A stretch of 64,000 nucleotides of DNA from Acidimicrobiia bacterium (GTDB taxonomy: Bacteria; Actinomycetota; Acidimicrobiia; Spongiisociales; ZC4RG35): NCBI GenBank assembly GCA_041746105.1, contig JBGTHP010000039.1, positions 34,201 to 98,200 of the forward strand, in the 5' to 3' direction. The notes under the pieces were generated by a model. The model searched no databases. It was not told the DNA's origin and saw only the letters and a program-made list of their open reading frames with translations. Positions 8,935 to 17,188 of this stretch are shown here, one piece after another. Within the stretch, counting starts at the first letter, position 1, and each line of letters starts with the position of its first letter. The translations under genes were made by a program, and so were the position numbers.

Positions 8935-9822
8935 CGCAGGAACTGGGCGAGGGAAGGCTGAAGTGATCGGGCGAGGGCCCCCTGCCCCGCCTGGTCGGCG
9001 GTTTCCTGCATCTGGAGTTCCATGATCGCCGCCGCGAGATCGGTGTCTTCTGTCTCTGACAACACAGTCCGCAGATTCACATCGTCGGCCTGGGCTCTGA
9101 ACAACGCCTGTTCGATGCGATTGAAGTGGCGCCAAGCTTGGCGCGCCCTACGAGCAGACGGTCGAGTCCGGTATGGAGATCTGCGATGGACTGGCCCAAA
9201 CCGGCCGAATCCTGGCTCTGGACCTGGGTCAGAACCGTCTCGAGAAGAGTGAACAGGTCCTGGCCGGCGTTGAACCCAAAAACCTCGCCTGCGGTGACGT
9301 TGACCTGGACCTTCTCGTTTTCGCCGATTCGCCCGGTCACCGCACCCGCGTCGCCTTGATAGGTCCAGGTACCGGCAACTTTCGCCACCGCATCACCAGA
9401 ACTGAAGCCTCCGAACAGTGGCCGGCCGCCGGTCTTGGCGTTTGCCATCGACGTGATGGAACTGAGGCGTTCCCCGACCTCGGCTGCGATGGCGATGGCG
9501 CCGTCGGGTCCACTTGTGCCGTTGCGCGCAGAGATCACCAACTCGCGTACTCGCTGGATTGCGTCACCGATGCTTCCGAGACGGGCGTCGGCGAGTTCGG
9601 CCCATTGGCGTCCGTCATCCGCGTTCTTTTTTGCCTGGGCATTGGCGGCGAGAGCGGTACGATCCGGAGCGAGCGGCTCATGCCTGCCGGGTCATCTGAG
9701 GCGACTCTGATCCTTTTGCCGGTAGTCAGATCGGTTTGGGCGCGCTCGAAGTCGTTCAGCCGATCGTTCATCCGGCGCACACCGAGATCGGTCATCATTC
9801 GATTGGTGATTCGGTTGGTCAT
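8931..9822 (-). pseudogene. flgL: flagellar hook-associated protein 3 FlgL, disrupted by two frameshifts at ~9657-9664 and ~9118-9126
   Basis: The N-terminus MTNRITNRMMTDLGVRRMNDRLNDFERAQTDLTTGKRIRVASDDPAG (ORF 9535..9822) shifts by -1 into the frame holding TALAANAQAKKNADDGRQWAELADARLGSIGDAIQRVRELVISARNGTSGPDGAIAIAAEV...RPLFGG (ORF 9077..9541). After ...VGRAKLGATS a second shift is needed to reach the conserved C-terminus NRIEQALFRAQADDVNLRTVLSETEDTDLAAAIMELQMQETADQAGQGALARSLQPSLAQFLR, which ends at the stop at 8931. Confidence 0.75.
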
Positions 9823-9827
9823 TCAGA

Positions 9828-11193
9828 TCACCTTCCCACTATCCCTGTGCGATTGATCAGGACATCCAGCATCTGGTCGACGGTTGTTATCACGCGGCCC
9901 GCAGACTCGTACATCCGCTGGTATTCCATGAGCGAGACCATCTCTTCGTCGACCGATACCCCATGGACCGACATGCGTGACCTTTCAGCGGCCTCGGCCA
10001 GACCCTGATGGGTGGCCGATGCCATGAGCAACGACGAAACGTCGCGCCCGAGGCCGGTGACGATCGATGAGAAGAAGTCGGGAAGCGACGTTGTCCCACC
10101 GGAGGCCGAAAGGCTGTTCCTGAGGTCCGCGAGTTGGGCTGCGATTCCGCCGTCAAAGTCGGGAAATGGTGGCCCCGCAGACGTGGCGGCAGCCAATTGC
10201 GCCGGATCGGTGATGGCGACGGTCATCGTCTTCGCCGGCGAGCCAGGATTGAAGGAGAACAATGGACCCCCCGGTCCGCCGGTGTGGTAGCCGCCGGCAT
10301 GGATGCCGTTCATGGCGTTGGCGAGATCCACCACGAAGGAATCCAACTTGGAGGTGAGATTGGGGAGATCGGTTGTGAAAGACTGCTGCAGTCCGCGTAG
10401 TTCGCCGCCCGGTGTCACGGCGATGCCGGATGGATGCAGGATCTGACCGGTGGACGGATCAGCGGTCAACGCCCGAGAACTCGAGCCTGAAACCAACGAG
10501 ATTCCGCCCAACAAGACCTGGACTCCGCCGAACTCGTCTCGGATCGTTCGAACTCCGATGATCGACGAAAGACGGTCCACCAACATGTCGCGCTGATCCA
10601 TCAGGTCGTTAGGTGTGCCGCGGGCGGCGCCGCTCTCGAGAATGGCACCGTTCAGATTGGCGACCTCCGCCAAGAGCTTGTTGACGTCGTCGACCTTGCC
10701 CAGGATCGAACTCTTGACCTCGGTCCGCAACGCGTCGAGTTCGCCGGCAACCTGTTGAATTCGGGAAGCCACGGCGTTGAGTTGACCGATTACACCCATC
10801 CGGGTGGCGCTGTCGTTTGGTGACAAGCTCAGTTCCTCGAACGAATTCGAAGAGTCGGTTGACTTCGACCAGGATTCCCCGGTCGGGTTCACCGAGGGCG
10901 GCCTCGGCCCTCGTGAGGAAGTTCGCCCTGATTCCGGTCTCTGATGCCCCCGAAATCGAAGCTCTCACCCTGGAATCGAGAAACTGGTCCCTCGAGCGAG
11001 AAATGCCAACAACATCGACGCCGGTGCCCACCTGACCAGAAGGCGTACTCCGGGGCATGCGGGCTCGAAGATCGACTCGCTGCCTGGTGTATCCATCGGT
11101 CGATGCGTTCGAGATGTTGTGCGAAGTTGTATCGAGCCCACGTTGCGCGGCCCGCAGACCGCTCAAAGCCACGTGTAGTGCTGTGAAATCCAT
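9828..11193 (-). pseudogene. flgK: flagellar hook-associated protein 1 FlgK, disrupted by a frameshift in the CCCC run at 10877-10880
   Basis: N-terminal frame (ORF 10609..11193) is MDFTALHVALSGLRAAQRGLDTTSHNISNASTDGYTRQRVD...EAALGEPDRG. C-terminal frame (ORF 9828..10892) is ESWSKSTDSSNSFEEL...EMVSLMEYQRMYESAGRVITTVDQMLDVLINRTG. The frames join only if one G is restored in CGGGG-GAATCC. Confidence 0.75.
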
Positions 11194-11705
11194 CAGAACA
11201 CCTCATCGATCTTGGTCGGACCTGAATAGACACTCTCGTGCCGGGTGCCGCGAGCGTCATAGACCTCGATCGGGTGCTGGCCGAGAAGCACGCCGAGAGA
11301 CTCTGCGACGTTTCCGAGGGCCAAAGACGCCAGCCTGCGGTTGTCAAGGGTCGCGTGTTCGATCTCGGTGGTTAGGCGCTGGAACTGGTCACGGTGGTCT
11401 TCGAACATGGTTCGGTACGGCTCCGGCGCCCACGACGACAAAAACCCGAGGGTGACCTTGGCCGGAGGCTGACCGATGGCGTCGGCGAGAGCATTGGCTG
11501 CAGAGCCGCGGTGAGCCTCGCCTGCACGAATCCTGGCGATGGCCGAGTCGACCTCACTCATGGCCTGGGGGACAAAACGTGCCTCGTCGGCTGCCAGCAC
11601 GAGACGCGCCGCGACCAACTTGAACAGGAGCTGTTCGAGTAGACGTCGCTCGGCCGAAAGGGTGTCGGCCAGCTCAACCAACTGGCGCCGATTCGGAATG
11701 CTCAT
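11193..11705 (-). CDS. flgN: FlgN-like flagellar chaperone, placed upstream of flgK as in flgN-flgK-flgL operons
   Basis: MSIPNRRQLVELADTLSAERRLLEQLLFKLVAARLVLAADEARF. Position and shared motif with 6390..6833. The ORF extends to 11816, but the ATG at 11705 is preferred. Confidence 0.5.
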   Translation of the reverse strand: MSIPNRRQLVELADTLSAERRLLEQLLFKLVAARLVLAADEARFVPQAMSEVDSAIARIRAGEAHRGSAANALADAIGQPPAKVTLGFLSSWAPEPYRTMFEDHRDQFQRLTTEIEHATLDNRRLASLALGNVAESLGVLLGQHPIEVYDARGTRHESVYSGPTKIDEVF

Positions 11706-11796
11706 AGCAATGCCTGTCGACCACCCGCGCCGGGGCAAAAGGTGTCGTTTTCGAAGGGCGGTCAGGGCACCGTTGTCCACTACCGTGCTGTCCACA

Positions 11797-12351
11797 ATGG
11801 ACATGGACGAGCTCAAGCAGAAACTCGAAGAAGCCGAGACCTCGCTGGCTCAACTCCGGCTCGTCATGGACGGGGTCGGCACCGTCGACCTGTCTACCGG
11901 AATCAACAATCGCAACGGGGTGCTGGAAGCAATCGAGCGCGGGCGCCGGTGGATGAATCGACGCGGTGACATGTTCGGCGTCATCGTGGTCCGCTTCATG
12001 AACATGCCGGTCATCGATCTCGACATCCCCGACCATGTTGAGTTGGTCAAACACCTTGCCGCCACAATTGGCGCAGGCGTCAGGGAAGTCGACGACGTGG
12101 GCCGGCTCGACGACATGTCGTTCGCGATTGTGCTGGCCGACGTCAAACCCGGGGCAATCAGCGTGGTGGTGGATCGTGTCATGGCACAGATCGAAGCCTC
12201 CGGCGAAACCCTTGAGCGCGCCGGCGGGGTGTTCCGGCTGGCAGCAATCGAGTTGCTCAGCAGCAGCCACTCCTCTGATGTGATCCTCGATGCCACCGAG
12301 CGCCTGCTGGCCAAGTCCGCCGACAACGGTTGGGCCGGCGCCCAGCTCTGA
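11797..12351 (+). CDS. degenerate GGDEF-domain protein (DDMSF replaces GGDEF) with a short N-terminal coiled coil
   Basis: TGINNRNGVLEAIERG...GVIVVRFMNMPVIDLDIPDHVELVKHLAATIGAGVREVDDVGRLDDMSFAIVLADV...ERAGGVFRLAAIELLSSSHSSDVILDATERLLAKSADNGWAG aligns along a full GGDEF fold. The active-site GG(D/E)EF reads DDMSF. Confidence 0.6.
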   Translation: MDMDELKQKLEEAETSLAQLRLVMDGVGTVDLSTGINNRNGVLEAIERGRRWMNRRGDMFGVIVVRFMNMPVIDLDIPDHVELVKHLAATIGAGVREVDDVGRLDDMSFAIVLADVKPGAISVVVDRVMAQIEASGETLERAGGVFRLAAIELLSSSHSSDVILDATERLLAKSADNGWAGAQL

Positions 12352-12429
12352 GCCGCCGACACCAGTCGGCCGGTGCCGACGGTTCGCGAAAAGCATTTAT
12401 TACGCACCAGACGAGCCGACAGGTTCGAA

Positions 12430-12690
12430 ATGATCCGGCTGCACCGCATTCGCGGCGAAGAGATGTTTCTCAATGCCGACCTCATCGAATCGATGGAGGT
12501 CACTCCCGACACCGTGCTCACGCTCATCGATGGGCGGAAAATGGTGATCGCCGATGACCCCAATGTCGTTGTCGATGAGATCGCGCGGTTCAGGGCTCGA
12601 GTTTTGTGCGCCGCAGATGAGATGCGCAGCGGCGGCGGGACGGCCGCCGAAGTGGTGCGTTTGGTCCGGTCGGAACCCGAGTCGGACTAG
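12430..12690 (+). CDS. flbD: flagellar protein FlbD
   Basis: MIRLHRIRGEEMFLNADLIESMEVTPDTVLTLIDGRKMVIADDPNVVVDEI matches the FlbD consensus MIKLTRLNGSEFYLNPDLIEFIEATPDTVITL.NGKK. Start taken at the internal ATG at 12430. Confidence 0.7.
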   Translation: MIRLHRIRGEEMFLNADLIESMEVTPDTVLTLIDGRKMVIADDPNVVVDEIARFRARVLCAADEMRSGGGTAAEVVRLVRSEPESD

Positions 12691-14189
12691 GCCTCCGGAC
12701 GGAGCGTCGGAAACAGAATCACCTCGCGGATATGGGTCTGATCGGCCAGGAGCATCACGATGCGATCGACCCCGATCCCAAGCCCTCCTGTCGGAGGCAT
12801 CCCGTGCTCCAGGGCCAGGAGAAAATCCTCATCCACCGGGTGGGCATCGTGGTCGCCAACGGATTTCGAATGAGCCTGCGATTCGAAGCGTGCTCTCTGG
12901 TCCACTGGATCGTTCAACTCCGAGAATGCATTGGCGTATTCGGCTCCAGCGATGAACAGTTCGAACCGCTCCGTCAGCTCTGGATCGTCTCGGTGGCGTC
13001 GGGCGAGTGGAGAGATCTCGACCGGATGATCGATGACAAAAACGGGTTCCCAGAGTGTGTGTTCCACCAACTCGTCGAACAACGCCTCGATCAATTGACC
13101 GGTGGTCCACTCCGGCTTCCAGTCCACGCCAGTGCGGTCGGCAATCAACCTGAGGTTCTCGACCTGCGGCGCCGGCCACACCGATTCGCCAACCACGTCC
13201 TCCACCAGGTCGACCATGCGGGCCCGCCGGAATGGAGGGTTGAGATCGAGGACCTTTCCCCGGTATTCGATGACGGTCCGACCAATGACGGTCTCGGCCA
13301 GATCGGCCACCATCACCTCGAGCATTTCCATGATGTCGCCATAGTCGGCCAGGGTCTCGTAGGACTCGAGAGTTGTGAACTCCGGGTTGTGGGTGGCGTC
13401 GACGCCTTCATTGCGAAAGACGCGCCCGATCTCGAACACCCGATCGATACCTCCGACTATCAGCCTCTTCAGGTGCAACTCTGTGGCGATCCGCAGAAAC
13501 ATGGACTGGTCGAGCGCGTTGTGATGGGTGACAAAAGGTCTCGCCAGTGCGCCGCCGGCCTCGAGTTGGAGTATGGGTGTTTCTACCTCGACGTATCCGC
13601 GGTCCTCGAACAAAGCCCGCAGCCTCGATATCACTTTCGCCCGAACGAGCGCAACCCGCCGGGCCTCCGGATTCATCATCAAATCGAGATAGCGGCGCCG
13701 CGATCGAGCCTCGACGTCTTGAAGGCCATGCCATTTGTCGGGCAGCGGTTGCAGCGCCTTGGCAAGCAACTGAAAGGTCTGGACCTTGACCGAGAGTTCC
13801 CCTTTCTTGGTTGTGACGATCTCTCCGGTGGCACCCAACCAGTCACCGAGATCGAGATCTTCGAAACGTTCGAACTCTGCTTCTCCGATTTCGGCTTTCG
13901 AGCACATCAGCTGGATCCGACCGGATCCGTCGTCGACGGTCGCAAACACCAGTTTTCCAAAACTCCGGTGAAGCATCAGACGTCCGGCGACGGAAACGAT
14001 CTCACCGGTGGCGGCCCCCGGTCCCAAATCGGGGAAGCGGTCGTGCAACTCACCGGCACGGCCGTCCCGTGCAAAACGCGGTGGATACGGATCCACCCCG
14101 CTCGCCCGCAACCGCTCGAGCTTTGCCATCCGAGCCGCGACCAGTCGATGCTCGCCGGCTTCTTCCTGATCTGGGGGTTGGGGTTCCAT
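12687..14189 (-). CDS. lysS: lysine--tRNA ligase (class II)
   Basis: 500 aa. N-terminal OB-fold anticodon-binding domain and class II catalytic motifs. GLGIGVDRIVMLL near the C-terminus. Confidence 0.95.
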   Translation of the reverse strand: MEPQPPDQEEAGEHRLVAARMAKLERLRASGVDPYPPRFARDGRAGELHDRFPDLGPGAATGEIVSVAGRLMLHRSFGKLVFATVDDGSGRIQLMCSKAEIGEAEFERFEDLDLGDWLGATGEIVTTKKGELSVKVQTFQLLAKALQPLPDKWHGLQDVEARSRRRYLDLMMNPEARRVALVRAKVISRLRALFEDRGYVEVETPILQLEAGGALARPFVTHHNALDQSMFLRIATELHLKRLIVGGIDRVFEIGRVFRNEGVDATHNPEFTTLESYETLADYGDIMEMLEVMVADLAETVIGRTVIEYRGKVLDLNPPFRRARMVDLVEDVVGESVWPAPQVENLRLIADRTGVDWKPEWTTGQLIEALFDELVEHTLWEPVFVIDHPVEISPLARRHRDDPELTERFELFIAGAEYANAFSELNDPVDQRARFESQAHSKSVGDHDAHPVDEDFLLALEHGMPPTGGLGIGVDRIVMLLADQTHIREVILFPTLRPEA

Positions 14190-14223
14190 TGGGGGGCAAC
14201 TTTCGACGTTAGGGCCGGCAGGT

Positions 14224-14976
14224 TCAAATCGGATTGCGCTCGCCGATGATGCGGAGACCCTTGAGGGTCAGATCGTCGTCCACCAGGTCGATCCGCTCGC
14301 TCGCCGCAGCCACGGTCGCGGCGTGGCGCCCGGTTGCCACCACCGTGACGCCGGTCAGGTGCAACTCGGTCTCGATCCGCTGGACGATTCCGTCGACCAT
14401 CGCGGCCGCTCCGAGAACGATCCCGGATTGGATCGCTTCCACGGTCCCCCGGCCGACGGCGTGAGCCGGCAGAGTCAACTCAACGTGACGCAAGGCGGCC
14501 GCCGACCCGGCAAGAGCTGCCGCCGAGACCTCGAGTCCTGCCGCGATGACGCCTCCCTTGAACACTCCCTCGGCATCGACGACGTCGACGGTTGTGGCCG
14601 TGCGGAAGTCGACCACCAAAACCGGGCATCCATATAGGGCGGACGCCGCCACCGCCCCCACAACCCGGTCTGAACCGACGTCTCGCGGGTTGTCGACCGC
14701 GAGCGCTAGCCCGGTTTTGACGCCCGGTCCGACAGTTGTCACGGTTTCGACGATGTGTGTCAGAGCAAGGCGAAGATCATTCGTGACAGAAGGCACAACA
14801 CTCGACAAGATGGCTCGGCGTGGCACCGAATCGCCCAAGAGCCCCGCCAGCATCAACCCGTTCTCGTCTGCGGTCCTGGCCAGGGTCCCGAGCGACCACC
14901 TCGCGACGAGTTCGGCACCCTCGAATAACCCGAGACCGGTGTAGCGATTCTCAACGTCGAGCACGAGCAGGCTCAT
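14224..14976 (-). CDS. coaX: type III pantothenate kinase
   Basis: MSLLVLDVENRYTGLGLF N-terminus and Gly-rich acetate/sugar-kinase fold. Synteny with panC. Confidence 0.85.
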   Translation of the reverse strand: MSLLVLDVENRYTGLGLFEGAELVARWSLGTLARTADENGLMLAGLLGDSVPRRAILSSVVPSVTNDLRLALTHIVETVTTVGPGVKTGLALAVDNPRDVGSDRVVGAVAASALYGCPVLVVDFRTATTVDVVDAEGVFKGGVIAAGLEVSAAALAGSAAALRHVELTLPAHAVGRGTVEAIQSGIVLGAAAMVDGIVQRIETELHLTGVTVVATGRHAATVAAASERIDLVDDDLTLKGLRIIGERNPI

Positions 14977-15836
14977 GGGTTCGAACCGCCCAATGCAATC
15001 CCCACGTCGATCACAAGCGGATCGATCGAGTCGATGGCGATGTTGTCGATCAGGCGGACCCCGCCTATCTTGGCCGCGACGGCCAGAAACGCAGGCCGGT
15101 CGAGTCCTGTCATGAGCGAAGCCCGATCCTGACTTGCAAGCTCCGCGTACTCGACGTCGGGGATCTCGGTCCTTATGGCGGCGGTCAAGACGGTTGCAGA
15201 ACGCTCGCCTCCCTCTATCAGAGCAGCTGCTCGAAACAGCCCGGTCGAGATTCGGCGAGCATCGCTGCGGGCGGCGACGTCGAGGAACGTATTCCGACTC
15301 GAGAGCGCCACACCGTCGGCTTCCCGGATGGTCGAGCCGGCAATGACCTCGAGCGGAAAACTCAGATCACGGACAAGGGTCCTCACGACGGCGAGCTGTT
15401 GTGCGTCCTTCTTTCCGAACACGGCGGCGTCCGGTTGGATTCCCGCGAACAACTTTGCGACCACGGTGGCGACACCCTCGAAATGGCCAGGGCGGAACCG
15501 ACCCTCCATTTCGGCCGCAACGGGTCCGAGATCGAGCCTGGTGACGGGATCTTCCGAAAACATCTCATCGAGTTCCGGCGCGAACAGCACATCGACCCCG
15601 GCCCTTTCACAGATCTCCGCATCTGCGTCGAGATCGCGCGGATAACGCGAGAGATCAGCGCCGTCATTGAACTGAAGTGGATTGACGAACACGGAAGCTA
15701 CGACGGCACCACCCTGGGCGACGGCGGTCTCGAACAGAGAGACGTGGCCGGCATGGAGCGCTCCCATCGTCGGGACCAACACCCGCGGGCGCCCGAATTG
15801 GGATCTCGTCTCGGCGAAAGTCGTGGTGATCTTCAC
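14973..15836 (-). CDS. panC: pantoate--beta-alanine ligase
   Basis: VLVPTMGALHAGHVSL HIGH-type motif. 287 aa. Confidence 0.9.
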   Translation of the reverse strand: MKITTTFAETRSQFGRPRVLVPTMGALHAGHVSLFETAVAQGGAVVASVFVNPLQFNDGADLSRYPRDLDADAEICERAGVDVLFAPELDEMFSEDPVTRLDLGPVAAEMEGRFRPGHFEGVATVVAKLFAGIQPDAAVFGKKDAQQLAVVRTLVRDLSFPLEVIAGSTIREADGVALSSRNTFLDVAARSDARRISTGLFRAAALIEGGERSATVLTAAIRTEIPDVEYAELASQDRASLMTGLDRPAFLAVAAKIGGVRLIDNIAIDSIDPLVIDVGIALGGSNP

Positions 15837-16615
15837 GAGACGAGATCTCCTTTACCAAGCCGTGTGGCCAAAGCCGAAACCAGGAGCCGGTATTCGGTTC
15901 CCAGATCAGGGCTCACCGCCGCCGCCGCCTCGATCTGACCCTGCACTGTCTTGTGATCCCCTCTGGCCACCGGGCCGGTCAGCGACGGTTGCCACCCCCT
16001 GGAGTAGATGTTGGAGATGACCGCTTGAACCAGCGGCCTGGTGACAACAATCGACGAGCCCACCGACCTCAGAAGGTCATCTGCCACGGCCAGGGTCTCG
16101 GTCAGGAGATTCGCAGCTGCCGACGCCGCTGCGTGGTAGGCAGGTTTGTGGTGATCATCGAGCGGGAACGGGTGCAAACCGATCGTCGACGCGAAGTCGC
16201 TCAGCAGGGCAGAGGCGGATCCGGTCACGGCGGCAAATGAACCGGAAAGAGATTTGGCACCGATCTCGGCGTTTGGCAGCGTCTGAAGCGGGTGCAGAGA
16301 TCCAGTCGCTACACCAAGATCGAAGACGTCGTCCAATACGTCGACCGACGTGAAACCGGACAAGTGGGCCACGGCCGAGACGCCGGTAAGGCGGCCGGCC
16401 AATTCCTCTGCGGCCGAACGAATCTGGGAATCTCGCGCTGCGACCACCGCCAAATCGGCTTCAGGGAGGACACCCTCGTAGCGAAAGGGCTCGAGTGGCG
16501 CAGGGATCGGAACCCCAGGGCGGGCTACGAGACCCACGAGTTCGTGTCCTGCCGTCTTTGCAGCCAACGCGAGCGCCCCGCCCGCCCGGCCGATGCCGAG
16601 CACGATCAGGCGCAT
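15833..16615 (-). CDS. Rossmann-fold NAD(P)-binding protein (DUF2520-like / putative ketopantoate reductase-related)
   Basis: MRLIVLGIGRAGGALA dinucleotide-binding N-terminus. Conserved position upstream of panC in actinobacteria. Confidence 0.5.
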   Translation of the reverse strand: MRLIVLGIGRAGGALALAAKTAGHELVGLVARPGVPIPAPLEPFRYEGVLPEADLAVVAARDSQIRSAAEELAGRLTGVSAVAHLSGFTSVDVLDDVFDLGVATGSLHPLQTLPNAEIGAKSLSGSFAAVTGSASALLSDFASTIGLHPFPLDDHHKPAYHAAASAAANLLTETLAVADDLLRSVGSSIVVTRPLVQAVISNIYSRGWQPSLTGPVARGDHKTVQGQIEAAAAVSPDLGTEYRLLVSALATRLGKGDLVS

Positions 16616-16708
16616 TTTTTCTCAGCCATCGATCCCACCGGTTCTCGTCCACCTCGGGTACCAGACCAGTGGGCAGGCTAGCCGACGTCAACGGCGTGGC
16701 TTCCGGAT

Positions 16709-17038
16709 CTACCACACCTCCTCTGGCTCGGCGGTCACCTCTTCCCAGCGGGCGTCAAGGCTTTCCTTCATCTCCCGATATCCGTCACGTCGCTTCCAGA
16801 ACTTCGTTTTCCAAACCCGAAATCGACGCCGTTCGATCTCTGAACCTAGATCTGGGGCTTCGTGCGCCCGGTTCCGACGAACCTCGGGGAGAGAGATTTC
16901 GTCGGGATCTTCGACGGTTGTCAAGAGTTGGTGGGCGGCGTGGCGCACCTGGCGATGCTGCCTCTGCCGATCCTCACGCGAAGGTCGCTCGTCGTAACCT
17001 GGGATGGACTTGCGGTTCGTGCGGGAGCGTTTTGCCAT
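16709..17038 (-). CDS. conserved hypothetical basic protein
   Basis: 109 aa ORF beginning MAKRSRTNRKSIPGYDERPSRE. No recognisable motif. Confidence 0.3.
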   Translation of the reverse strand: MAKRSRTNRKSIPGYDERPSREDRQRQHRQVRHAAHQLLTTVEDPDEISLPEVRRNRAHEAPDLGSEIERRRFRVWKTKFWKRRDGYREMKESLDARWEEVTAEPEEVW

Positions 17039-17188
17039 GTAAGCCTCCTACTGACAGGCGAGAAACAGTGATCTGATTTCTTCCGTCTTGTGGAGGAGCC
17101 CGCTCCTGCATCTACCAAAGAACATAGTCGCAATGGCGCGCCAAGCCATTGGTTTGTCCAGAAAATACCTTGCGGACGGTTCGATGTT

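Noticed and set aside
12732-14249. 505-aa + ORF across the lysS region
   Set aside because: Antisense to lysyl-tRNA synthetase and has no motifs. High-GC artefact.
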